NCBI GenBank assembly: GCA_041649755.1
Contig: JBAZMK010000001.1
Span: 66,826-130,825 of the forward strand
Direction: 5' to 3'
DNA: 64,000 nt
Source of the DNA: Candidatus Pacearchaeota archaeon
GTDB lineage: Archaea > Nanobdellota > Nanobdellia > Pacearchaeales > GW2011-AR1
Each line of letters opens with the position of its first letter. The stretch's first letter is position 1. This document shows, one piece after another, positions 8,697 to 17,682 of the stretch. The position numbers were made by a program, and so were the translations under genes. Below the pieces are notes generated by a model, which was not told where the DNA came from, did no database searches, and saw nothing but the letters and a program-made list of their open reading frames with translations.

Positions 8697-8906
8697 TTAA
8701 GTTTTGACTATCTTGAAACAAACATCTGGACAGATAGTGTAACAATTCCTACAACCCACACATTGTTCTGGTTCTATTAATTGGGGATAATTATAAGAAT
8801 TTTGATTTGTGTCGTTGCCCATTTCTAGAATATTATTAAGACAGTGAGATACACACAGCCCGCATCCCTTACATCTTTCTACATTAATTTCTAAAGACAC
8901 CCCCAT
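8697..8906 (-). CDS. 2x[4Fe-4S] ferredoxin
   Basis: Two CxxCxxCxxxCP motifs (CKGCGLCVSHC, CVGCRNCYTICP). Confidence 0.8.
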   Translation of the reverse strand: MGVSLEINVERCKGCGLCVSHCLNNILEMGNDTNQNSYNYPQLIEPEQCVGCRNCYTICPDVCFKIVKT

Positions 8907-9472
8907 TATAAACCTTCAAGGCTGACTCTTGTCAAAGGTTCCATTTTCTTGTTTCCCCACTTGTCAAAGTAAACGATATTTTCCAAATCAAGTTTTAATC
9001 TCTCTTTTGTTTTAATTTTTGTTTCTATCCCTACGGGAAAAATTCCTTCAACTGAAAGATTTTCCGGGATGTTTAAGACTTCTTTCACCTGTTCATCGTA
9101 GAAATGTCCTACCCAAGTTGTTACAAGACCCTGCTCGGTTAGTGCTAAAAGAAAGTTTTGAATAGAGGCTCCTGCTTGAAGAGAAGAATAACGGATTCCC
9201 CGCTCTCCGTATAGTTTTATCAGTTTTGAATCATCAGAAACCGCAACCACTATATATTGGGCGTTTCCAACAAATTCCTGCTGTGATGCTTCAGAAAGCT
9301 TTCCAATTTTGTATTTGTCCGAAACTAAGATAAATTTCAAAGAAAATTGATTTCCTGCACTCGGACTAAACCTTGTTAAATCAATTGCTCTTATGATTTT
9401 TCTCCAATTAGGGCTTTTATGAGAAAACCTTCTGACACTTTTTCTCTTTTTTATTGCATCGGCAAGTTGCAT
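8906..9472 (-). CDS. Nitroreductase-family NAD(P)H-flavin oxidoreductase
   Basis: N-terminal RKSVRRF motif and the size of the nitroreductase fold; overlaps the ferredoxin start. Confidence 0.75.
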   Translation of the reverse strand: MQLADAIKKRKSVRRFSHKSPNWRKIIRAIDLTRFSPSAGNQFSLKFILVSDKYKIGKLSEASQQEFVGNAQYIVVAVSDDSKLIKLYGERGIRYSSLQAGASIQNFLLALTEQGLVTTWVGHFYDEQVKEVLNIPENLSVEGIFPVGIETKIKTKERLKLDLENIVYFDKWGNKKMEPLTRVSLEGL

Positions 9473-9521
9473 AAATATATCAAATGAGATAACTATAAAA
9501 ATGTTTTGGGATTAAACTTTT

Positions 9522-10022
9522 ATGGAGAAAAAGGTCTGGAAGTTTACTAATCAGAGAGAATTGAATAAAAAAGAGTTTATTAATTACTTTGAAAGGAAAA
9601 TTTTCAGAACTATCCGAAAATATGGAATGCTCCCAAAAGACAGAATTATTTTACTGAAAAAGTCTGACAATTTAAATTATCTTGTTTTGAAAAGAGTTCT
9701 TGGAGGAAAATTTAAGGTCAAGTTTTCTAATAAACCAAATTTTAGTTCTGAAAATTTAAGCGAATGCGCCGAAAGGATTTTTATAAATATTCTTAAAGGA
9801 AAATTTACTGGACCAAAACCAAAAGATAAAATTTCTCGTCCGCTTTATTTTTTATCTGACAAAGAAATTGAACTTTATGCAAAAATTAAAAATATTTATG
9901 GTGGGAAAAGAAAATCTAATAGAAAGATAGGGAAATTAATTGATAAATTTTCAGAAAAAAATCAGGATATTGAGATTAATATAGTCAATGCAATGGAGAA
10001 AATTTTTAGGAAAGATTTATAA
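9522..10022 (+). CDS. Hypothetical protein (166 aa)
   Basis: ORF only; lysine-rich. Confidence 0.4.
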   Translation: MEKKVWKFTNQRELNKKEFINYFERKIFRTIRKYGMLPKDRIILLKKSDNLNYLVLKRVLGGKFKVKFSNKPNFSSENLSECAERIFINILKGKFTGPKPKDKISRPLYFLSDKEIELYAKIKNIYGGKRKSNRKIGKLIDKFSEKNQDIEINIVNAMEKIFRKDL

Positions 10023-10044
10023 TTAGAATTTTGTAAGTATATGG

Positions 10045-10746
10045 ATGTTGGTGAAGCCTTATATAAAAAAATACGGCGAGTTTTCTGGCTTAGTCGCTTG
10101 GATAGTAGACGGCAATTATATAAGAAATAATTTAGAGATTAATTTCACTAATTTTGGTCAGTACCCTCAATTTAAGTTCATCCCCAAAAATGAAATTTGG
10201 ATTGATAAAGAGAGAAGTCCTGGAGAGGAAAAGTTTTTCATAGATTATATGCTTGCACTACATCGCCTTATTTCCCGAGGGATTAAAAAAAAGGAGGCAG
10301 TTGAACTTGCTGAGAAAATAGAGAAAAAAGAGAGGGCAAAAAAAGAATTAATAAAAAAAGAATTCGGTCTAAGCAAAGATTATCCCCAGTTAATTAAGAA
10401 GATTCATAAAAAGAAAATTATTTCTTACAGCAAAAAGATTAAGGTATGGGTTGTTAACGGAGAAATTGTGCGAAGTTTTTTGTTTATAGATTTTACAGAA
10501 GGAGGTCATGATAAGGTGTATTCTTTTATACCTAAGGGAGAGATATGGATTGATGACGACCTTTCGTTAAAAGAAAGAAAATTCGTTCTTCTCCATGAAA
10601 TTCACGAAAGGAATTTGATGGCTAAGGGTATGGAATACGAATCTGCACATAATGATTCAAGCAAAATAGAGCTTTATTGTAGAACGCATCCGAAGGAAAC
10701 AGACAAGAAAATAAGTGCAGAGATTAAGAAACTAAAGTCCAACTAG
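10045..10746 (+). CDS. Hypothetical protein with an internal ~60-aa duplication; second copy carries an HExxH-like motif (LLHEIHE)
   Basis: Repeat 1 VAWIVDGNYIRNN...FKFIPKNEIWIDKERSPGEEKFFIDYMLALHRLISRG aligns with repeat 2 KVWVVNGEIVRSF...YSFIPKGEIWIDDDLSLKERKFVLLHEIHERNLMAKG. Confidence 0.5.
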   Translation: MLVKPYIKKYGEFSGLVAWIVDGNYIRNNLEINFTNFGQYPQFKFIPKNEIWIDKERSPGEEKFFIDYMLALHRLISRGIKKKEAVELAEKIEKKERAKKELIKKEFGLSKDYPQLIKKIHKKKIISYSKKIKVWVVNGEIVRSFLFIDFTEGGHDKVYSFIPKGEIWIDDDLSLKERKFVLLHEIHERNLMAKGMEYESAHNDSSKIELYCRTHPKETDKKISAEIKKLKSN

Positions 10747-12782
10747 ATGTTTCCTCTTTTTAGCAAATCTTTTAGTTTTGCTTCGTTTGCTTCCCTGTCT
10801 TTTATGTTATAAACCTCATAAACTGGGTTTTCCCCAATTTCTTTTAATTTCCTAACTGATAGATCTCTTATTCCTCTTTTCCTTATGTTTTCTGAGACTA
10901 AAATCTTTCCAGAGTCTGAATCTGATATTCTTTTCGCCAGCGAAATTGTGTTTCCAACCCCTGTATACTCAAGTTTACCTTGATTTTTTGATGCGATGAT
11001 GTCCCCTGAATTTACTCCCATGTTGAATTCTATTTTTTCTTTTGACCTTTTATTATATTCACATAATGCCCCCCACAAGGCAAATGCAACTTTTGAAGCA
11101 AGAACTTCATTGGCGTAAGTTTTTGTAACTACTGGTGAAAAAATGATAAAGATGTAATCGCTCTTCCAATCTACTAAACCCCTCTTTGTATCCAAGTCTC
11201 CGATTAACTTTACCAAAGATTCTTTAGCCTGAGTCCCTAAAGTCCCATAATTCTTTATACTTAATGAAATAATTGCTGATGGATATTTCTCTCCCTTTAA
11301 TACTAGGGCTGATTCTGCACCTGATGTTTTTCCCGAGGTTAAATCCAAGGTTTTTTTATCTGATTTACTTTTTTCATATACAATGTCTTCCACTGATTTT
11401 CGCTTTCCTGAACCTCTGAACTTATCCAAAATTTTACTAAGAAAGTTCTTTTCCTCATGATTGTTTTTCTCATTGAGGTTTGTGGTCTTTTGAGATTTTC
11501 TTAACATAACTATTCCTACTCCACCGAATAAAACTATCAGAAATACCCATAAAACAAGATAGTTTCTAAAACTGCCTTTTTCCAAATCATCGATGGAAAT
11601 TGCTCTTCCTGTAAGCAAAACCTGTTTTGACAGGGAGCTTTCTCCGTCTTCAACTAAAACCTCATATTCTCCTTCAGGTGCTCCCAGATTAAACTTTCTT
11701 TGTTCACCCATTTCCATATTTAGATTTAATTCTTTTGTTTCATTTCCTATCTGGACGCTTATAGTCTTGTTGTAACGGGCATTACCAACATTGGTTACGA
11801 TAAGAACGGAACCTTCAATCTCTAAGTTAACTTTTTGAAGTTCTTTCATTTCTATTTCTCTTTCTTCTCCGAGCTTTTCAAAGAAAACTCTTAATTTCCA
11901 GATTCCTGCAGTAGCGTTTGTAGGAAAATTTACTTTAAAATAATCTTTTGTATTCATTAAGACCTCTCTTTCTTCGCCTGAAGGAGAGATTAATTTTCCC
12001 GAAACTTTTCCACTCATTTCTTTTCCCGATTGGTCAAAGACTTCGGCACTTATTGTAAATTCTCCTCCCGGCGTTGCTACATTATCGGATAATGTTAATA
12101 CGAGTGAAGTAGCTACTTGATTTATGTCAAAAGAAATTCTGGACGAACCAGTGTTTAGCCTTCCCTTGCTTCCTAAATCATAAGCAGTTATGTTAAGATA
12201 ATATGTTCCAGCTTCTAATGTTTCAGAAAGACTAAAAGTGTTCATCATCTGCCCAGATTCAACAGCCTTACTAAAGAAGGATGCTTCAGTAACCTCAATG
12301 AACCCATTAAATAAATCCCCATTTGCTTTTACAGCGTCAACCTTTAAGGTTATTGCTTCTTTTGGATTATAAGATTTTTTATCTAGCGTCGGGGTTATAA
12401 AGATTTTATCTGTGATAGTGAAAACTTTTGTAGAGACTGCATTTTGACCTATATAAGCAATAATCTGACAATTTCCTATAATATCTGTTATGTTTTCTAT
12501 CTCAAGGTCTTCCTCATCTAAAATTTTGAAGGGAAGTTCATATACCGAATCTTTCTCTGTCGGAAAAGACCTTGCAGAAACTTTCGCAAGATTAATTGTT
12601 TTGTTGCTACAAACCAAGTCTATGTTAAAATTCCCACTTTCTTCCCCTCTTACTCCACTTACAGTTACATATAATTTATCTTTTAAATTGTATGTTCCTA
12701 AAGGTTCGGAAATAGACATTTCTGCGAAAACTAATGAAGTTAAAAAAAGCATAATAAGTATTAATCCCAATCTCTTTTTCAT
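10743..12782 (-). CDS. Membrane-anchored protein: signal peptide, large extracellular domain, one TM, cytoplasmic class III nucleotidyl-cyclase-like (CHD) domain
   Basis: Signal MKKRLGLILIMLFLTSLVFA; TM YLVLWVFLIVLFGGVGIVML; C-terminal FNMGVNSGDIIAS...YTGVGNTISLAKRISDSDSGKILVSENI matches the CHD consensus (GxhxGxvvaG...Y.v.G..VN.AsR.e....g.I.vSe). Confidence 0.6.
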   Translation of the reverse strand: MKKRLGLILIMLFLTSLVFAEMSISEPLGTYNLKDKLYVTVSGVRGEESGNFNIDLVCSNKTINLAKVSARSFPTEKDSVYELPFKILDEEDLEIENITDIIGNCQIIAYIGQNAVSTKVFTITDKIFITPTLDKKSYNPKEAITLKVDAVKANGDLFNGFIEVTEASFFSKAVESGQMMNTFSLSETLEAGTYYLNITAYDLGSKGRLNTGSSRISFDINQVATSLVLTLSDNVATPGGEFTISAEVFDQSGKEMSGKVSGKLISPSGEEREVLMNTKDYFKVNFPTNATAGIWKLRVFFEKLGEEREIEMKELQKVNLEIEGSVLIVTNVGNARYNKTISVQIGNETKELNLNMEMGEQRKFNLGAPEGEYEVLVEDGESSLSKQVLLTGRAISIDDLEKGSFRNYLVLWVFLIVLFGGVGIVMLRKSQKTTNLNEKNNHEEKNFLSKILDKFRGSGKRKSVEDIVYEKSKSDKKTLDLTSGKTSGAESALVLKGEKYPSAIISLSIKNYGTLGTQAKESLVKLIGDLDTKRGLVDWKSDYIFIIFSPVVTKTYANEVLASKVAFALWGALCEYNKRSKEKIEFNMGVNSGDIIASKNQGKLEYTGVGNTISLAKRISDSDSGKILVSENIRKRGIRDLSVRKLKEIGENPVYEVYNIKDREANEAKLKDLLKRGNI

Positions 12783-12868
12783 TCTTTAAATATGACAAGA
12801 TACTATTTAAATATTATCGTAAAGCAATCTCATAAACAAATTTATAAATGTCGGGGGGTTAGAGTTTT

Positions 12869-13969
12869 ATGGCAAATAAGGTGACTCCGTGGGAAGTTTC
12901 CGGAGAGGTAGATTATGACAAACTTGTGAAAGAATTTGGGACGATTAAGATTTCTGACAAGATTTATGAGAGAGTAAAAAATTGCCATCCTCTTCTTAGA
13001 AGGAAAATCTACTTTTCACATAGAGATTTTGATAGGTGGCTTAGTGCTTTTGATGAAGGAAAAAAGGTTTCTGTGATAACTGGTAGGGGTCCTTCTGAAA
13101 AAATGCATATTGGACATCTTGTTCCTTTGCTTGTGGCTAAGTCACTTCAGGAGAATTTTGACTGCCCTGTTTTTATACCTATTTCTGATGATGAGAAGTT
13201 TTTTGTAAATGAGAATATAACATTTGAGCAGTCTTTAAAGTTCTCTTATGATAATATTTTAGATATCATAGCCCTTGGTTTTGACCCTGAAAAAACATTT
13301 ATTTTTGAAGATTTCGTTTATACAGACATTTACAAGTATGCGGCAAGGATAGCAAAAAGAATAACTTACTCTACGGCTAAGGCGACGTTTGGGCTTTCTC
13401 CTGAGAAGAATATTGGCTGGTCTTTTTATCCTGCAATGCAGGCTGCACATATTCTGTTCCCCCAGTTCTATTTAAAGGAAAAGCACATTTCGGTGGTTCC
13501 TGTTGGAATTGACCAAGACCCTTTTATAAGGTTGACAAGAGATATTGCTAACCATTCTGATTTTAAACTTGAAAAACCTGCGGCGATTCACGCTAAATTT
13601 ATTCCTTCACTATATGGGGGGATAAAAATGTCATCAAGCGGAGAAGGGGTTATCTTCCTTTCTGATGACCCAAAAACCGTAAAGAAAAAAATAAACAAAT
13701 ATGCTTTTTCCGGCGGTCAGGCAACAATTGAAGAGCACAGAAAGAAAGGGGGAAACGCCGAAATTGATGTTTCCTTTCAATATTTAAAAATGTTTTTTGA
13801 ACCAGATGATAATAAACTTGAAGAAATTAAAAAGAAATATGAGTCGGGAAAGATGCTTTCAGGGGAGTTGAAAGGAATTTTAATTGAGAGAATAAATGAA
13901 TTCTTAAAGGAACACCAAAAGAAGAAGAAAGAAGCTGAAAAAAGAATTGACCAGTTTTTGATTAAATAA
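12869..13969 (+). CDS. trpS: Tryptophanyl-tRNA synthetase (archaeal/eukaryotic type)
   Basis: TGRGPSEKMHIGHLVP (HIGH), KMSSS (KMSKS), N-terminal VTPWEVSGEVDYDKLVKEFG typical of archaeal/eukaryotic TrpRS. Confidence 0.85.
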   Translation: MANKVTPWEVSGEVDYDKLVKEFGTIKISDKIYERVKNCHPLLRRKIYFSHRDFDRWLSAFDEGKKVSVITGRGPSEKMHIGHLVPLLVAKSLQENFDCPVFIPISDDEKFFVNENITFEQSLKFSYDNILDIIALGFDPEKTFIFEDFVYTDIYKYAARIAKRITYSTAKATFGLSPEKNIGWSFYPAMQAAHILFPQFYLKEKHISVVPVGIDQDPFIRLTRDIANHSDFKLEKPAAIHAKFIPSLYGGIKMSSSGEGVIFLSDDPKTVKKKINKYAFSGGQATIEEHRKKGGNAEIDVSFQYLKMFFEPDDNKLEEIKKKYESGKMLSGELKGILIERINEFLKEHQKKKKEAEKRIDQFLIK

Positions 13970-13980
13970 CTCTTAAAAAA

Positions 13981-14862
13981 TTAATATTCCTGAATAGAAG
14001 TTGGTTGCTCTTGCTGAGGGGTTTGTTGAACTATTGGTTTTTGGGGTTGTTGAGAGGGCGCTTGTTGAATAGGTGTTGGGAAGCTGGTTACTTCTTCTGC
14101 ACTTTGCTGGGGTTCTACATCTGTATAATCCCCTTCTATCGCGGGAATTTCCCCAATAACAAGCGAAGGGTCAATAACCTCAATTCCTTTTTGCGTTATT
14201 TTCATTCCAATAGCATTCCTCTCGTGGGAGGTTCGTCTCATTTTGGCTATTCTTAAGGCTCTATCTCCAGCTCCAGCGATTCCTGATTCATAAAAAACCG
14301 TAACAGAGTCTGATAAGAATTTTAGCACGTCTGTTTTTGCTAGTTCGCTATTTCCCCCATTCATTTCACTTTCAAGACTTTCATCGGCATAGATACAAGT
14401 CACTTTTAGTCTTTTCATTAAAGAAGATAATTCAAAAATAGTTTGTCTTACTTTTCCGAGGTCGTCAAGATTCATAGCAAGAACTGAGATTGGGTCAAAG
14501 CAAATTCTCCTTATATCATTTTTAGAAATTATTTTAGTCAGTTCTGATTTTAATTCTTCAATTGATGTCTGTGGAGCGAATCTCATAAATTTTATTTTTC
14601 CCATATTATTTAATTTAGTAAAATCCCAGCCGTAAACCATTCCATCTTTTAATATCTCCACGACGTCGGGTTCAAATGAGCAGTAAAGCCCGTTTTCGTT
14701 AAACCTCGTTGCACCATTCCATAAGAATTCTAAGAGAAAAGTAGTTTTTCCTGAACCTGGACCCCCAACAAGAAGATTATCAGAATTTCTTACAAATCCC
14801 CCTTGACAAAGGCGGTCAAAACCCTTTATACCAGTAGGACACCTCTCTATCAAATCACTCAT
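13981..14862 (-). CDS. KaiC/RadA-like RecA-superfamily ATPase with a C-terminal Gln/Pro-rich low-complexity tail
   Basis: Walker A GGPGSGKTTF, Walker B-like CIYADES; tail PQQSAEEVTSFPTPIQQAPSQQPQKPIVQQTPQQEQPTSIQEY. Confidence 0.75.
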   Translation of the reverse strand: MSDLIERCPTGIKGFDRLCQGGFVRNSDNLLVGGPGSGKTTFLLEFLWNGATRFNENGLYCSFEPDVVEILKDGMVYGWDFTKLNNMGKIKFMRFAPQTSIEELKSELTKIISKNDIRRICFDPISVLAMNLDDLGKVRQTIFELSSLMKRLKVTCIYADESLESEMNGGNSELAKTDVLKFLSDSVTVFYESGIAGAGDRALRIAKMRRTSHERNAIGMKITQKGIEVIDPSLVIGEIPAIEGDYTDVEPQQSAEEVTSFPTPIQQAPSQQPQKPIVQQTPQQEQPTSIQEY

Positions 14863-14932
14863 AAAAATAATTATACTTTCTTATTTATAAACCATTCGGT
14901 TAACTTTAAAAAGAATTCTGATATATAATTGT

Positions 14933-16645
14933 ATGAAAATATTAAGTTTGCATTGTGACTATTTGAAATTTAAGCCTTTGAAAAAAGCGATTAAAAATCC
15001 AGAAGAATTGAAAGGTAAAGAAGAGGTCAATGTTAAAGAACCTTTAGGTGTTTTTGTTGCTGTTGAGAAAATTGATGAATTAAACCCTGACAAAGCTTCT
15101 GATGAGCTCGTTAAAAATGTTTTAGAAATTCTAGAAAAAACTGGAGCGAAAAAAGTCGTCCTTTATCCCTATGCCCATCTCTCCTCAAATTTAGCCGACT
15201 CCGATACAGCTCTTCTCGTCTTAATTGAGTCTGAAACTAAATTGAAAAAAAAGAAGATTGAAGTTTATCGTGCCCCTTTTGGCTATTATAAAGAATTTGA
15301 ATTGAAATGTAAGGGCCATCCTCTGGCGGAATTATCAAGAGAAATTGGCGGAGAAGAAAAGGTGATAGAGATAAGCAACAAAAAAGAAGATTATGATGAA
15401 AAAAAACTCTTAAGGCAGATTGCTAAATCAAAACTTGACACTTCAAAACTTAAAGAAAATGACCACAGAATTTTAGGGCAGAAGCTGGATTTGTTTTCTT
15501 TTAACGAAGTCGCACCCGGAATGGTTTTCTGGCATAATAAAGGATTAATCATTTATAACGAGCTTGCTGAATTTTGGAGAGAAGTCCATAGAAGAAATGG
15601 CTATCAGGAGATAAAAACACCTCAGATAATGGATTCAAAGGTTTGGAAAATTTCGGGTCATTGGGACAAATATAAAGAGAATAATTTTGTTACTAATTAT
15701 GAGAATCGGGATTTTCTTGTGAAACCTATGAGTTGCCCTGGCGGATTGCTTGTTTTCAAAAACTCTCCTAAATCTTACAAAGACCTTCCTTTGAGGGTTG
15801 GAGAGCTTGGAGTTGTCCACAGGTGTGAATTATCAGGAGTTTTGGCAGGGCTTTTTAGAGTTATTCAATTTACACAAGATGATGCTCATGTTTTTTGCAC
15901 AGAGGAGCAAGTGGAAGATGAGGTTTCAAAATTGATGGATTTAGTTGATTTTGTATATAAGAAATTTGGTTTTGAATACAAGGTGGAATTGTCTACCCGT
16001 CCTGAAAAAAGGATTGGTGATGAGAAAATTTGGGACTTGTCAGAAAGTATCTTAAAGAAAGTTCTTGAGAAGAAAAAGATTAAATTTAAGATTAACGAAG
16101 GGGATGGGGCTTTTTATGGTCCAAAAATTGATTTTCATTTAACAGATTCTTTAAAAAGAACATGGCAGTGCGGAACTATTCAGCTTGACTTTTCAATGCC
16201 AGAGAGGTTTGAAATATCTTATATTGATAAAGATAATGAAAAGAAACGTCCAGTTATGCTTCATAATGCTATTTATGGCTCATTAGAGAGGTTTGCAGGG
16301 ATACTATTAGAGCATACTAATGGAGCTCTTCCTCTTTGGCTGTCTCCTGTTCAAGTGCGTGTTTTGAGTTTTACTGACAGAAATATAGAAAAGGCAAAAG
16401 AATTTTTTGATAAATTGAAGGAAGAAGGAATTCGGGCAGATTTTGATTTTGACTCAACAACTGTTAATGACAAAGTAAGAAATGCAGAAATGATGAAAAT
16501 TCCTTATATTATAACTATCGGAGATAAGGAAGAAGAAAAAGAGACTCTTGCTGTTCGTGAAAGGGGAGAAAAGAAACTGAGATTTGACGTTAAATTGGAA
16601 GAATTTGTTAAAGAAGTAAAAGAAAAGGTTTCTAAAAGAATTTAG
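14933..16645 (+). CDS. thrS: Threonyl-tRNA synthetase, archaeal type (N-terminal archaeal editing domain)
   Basis: Class II motif 2 HRCELSGVLAGLFRVIQFTQDDAHVF, motif 3 region, C-terminal anticodon-binding domain; N-terminus MKILSLHCDYLKF resembles the archaeal ThrRS editing domain. Confidence 0.9.
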   Translation: MKILSLHCDYLKFKPLKKAIKNPEELKGKEEVNVKEPLGVFVAVEKIDELNPDKASDELVKNVLEILEKTGAKKVVLYPYAHLSSNLADSDTALLVLIESETKLKKKKIEVYRAPFGYYKEFELKCKGHPLAELSREIGGEEKVIEISNKKEDYDEKKLLRQIAKSKLDTSKLKENDHRILGQKLDLFSFNEVAPGMVFWHNKGLIIYNELAEFWREVHRRNGYQEIKTPQIMDSKVWKISGHWDKYKENNFVTNYENRDFLVKPMSCPGGLLVFKNSPKSYKDLPLRVGELGVVHRCELSGVLAGLFRVIQFTQDDAHVFCTEEQVEDEVSKLMDLVDFVYKKFGFEYKVELSTRPEKRIGDEKIWDLSESILKKVLEKKKIKFKINEGDGAFYGPKIDFHLTDSLKRTWQCGTIQLDFSMPERFEISYIDKDNEKKRPVMLHNAIYGSLERFAGILLEHTNGALPLWLSPVQVRVLSFTDRNIEKAKEFFDKLKEEGIRADFDFDSTTVNDKVRNAEMMKIPYIITIGDKEEEKETLAVRERGEKKLRFDVKLEEFVKEVKEKVSKRI

Positions 16646-16725
16646 TTCTATAAGGGGCGACTTAAAACATTAAAAATAGGGGTTCGCTTTTACGCAAGGA
16701 GAATTTTGAAAGAGTAGAGAAAAAA

Positions 16726-17280
16726 TTAAAACTTAACTTGGGGCATCGCTCTCGATTCTTCAGGAATCTGAAGATAATCTTTTTTACCGAACTTGTAAAG
16801 AGAAGCGAACCATTTTCCAGGAATTGTTGTCTGAAGGATATTGTAACTCATTATTCCGTCGTTAAAGTATTGTCTTGCGTAAGCTATCTTGTTTTCAATT
16901 GCGGAAATTTCCTGCTGGAAATGTAAGAAGTTCTCATTTGCCTTAAGATTTGGATAATTTTCTGCGACTGCAAAAAGTCTTCCTAATGCTCCTTCAAGCT
17001 TGTTGCCAGCTTTTATTTTTGACTGCAAATCTTTTGCTCCAATTAAAGATTTTCTTGCGTTCGTTACTTCCGTTATGACTGCCTTCTCATGTTTCATATA
17101 ACCCTTAACAGATTCTATTAAACTTGGAACGAGGTCTGCTCTTTTCTTTAATTGAACATCAATTTGGGCTAGAGAATTATCTATTTGATTAGATAAGGTG
17201 ACAAAACGATTGTAGTATATAAATAGTATTATGGCCAAAACAAGAACTATCCCGATTAATATCCAAATTATGAAAGCCAT
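16726..17280 (-). CDS. LemA-family membrane protein
   Basis: N-terminal TM plus LemA signature YNRFV...QIDVQLKKRADLVPSL. Confidence 0.8.
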   Translation of the reverse strand: MAFIIWILIGIVLVLAIILFIYYNRFVTLSNQIDNSLAQIDVQLKKRADLVPSLIESVKGYMKHEKAVITEVTNARKSLIGAKDLQSKIKAGNKLEGALGRLFAVAENYPNLKANENFLHFQQEISAIENKIAYARQYFNDGIMSYNILQTTIPGKWFASLYKFGKKDYLQIPEESRAMPQVKF

Positions 17281-17301
17281 AACCTCTTCAAGCGGGTTAA
17301 G

Positions 17302-17309
17302 TTTATAAA
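17302..17309 (+). promoter_or_regulatory. TATA box (tttataaa) about 25 nt upstream of the small pilin-like ORF at 17331
   Basis: Read directly from the sequence. Confidence 0.3.
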
Positions 17310-17330
17310 TCTTGTGGGATTAGAAAAGAG

Positions 17331-17501
17331 ATGGTCAGTAAAAAAAGAGCCGTGGCGATTACGATAGGAATTTTAATTATTCTTTTGCTTTTAGCTGCTG
17401 TTGCTTATTTTTCTGGGGTGACTGGAAATGTGATAACAAGCCCTGCAATTATTTTAACGATTTTAAAGAATAACAAAAAGGAGGTAAAATGCATAAGATA
17501 A
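17331..17501 (+). CDS. Small (56 aa) membrane peptide with a class III (type IV pilin-like) signal-peptide-like N-terminus; missed by the ORF track
   Basis: MVSKKRAVAITIGILIILLLLAAVAYFSG has charged residues followed by a hydrophobic helix, like archaeal prepilins; overlaps the start of the ferredoxin gene. Confidence 0.35.
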   Translation: MVSKKRAVAITIGILIILLLLAAVAYFSGVTGNVITSPAIILTILKNNKKEVKCIR

Positions 17502-17671
17502 GTGTTGATAGAAACAAATGTATCGGGTGTGGAGCTTGTGTTGCAACCTGCCCTAAATCTTTTAAGTTAGACGGGGGGAAAGCAAAACCTAAGAAAGCCG
17601 AAGTAGGGGAAATAACCTGTGAAAAAGAAGCGGAAGAAGGCTGTCCTGTTGGTGCTATAAAAGTTATATAG
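17489..17671 (+). CDS. Small 4Fe-4S ferredoxin
   Basis: CIGCGACVATCP plus CEKEAEEGCPVGAI; strong SD AAGGAGGT 6-13 nt upstream. Confidence 0.7.
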   Translation: MHKISVDRNKCIGCGACVATCPKSFKLDGGKAKPKKAEVGEITCEKEAEEGCPVGAIKVI

Positions 17672-17682
17672 CTTTTTAATAG

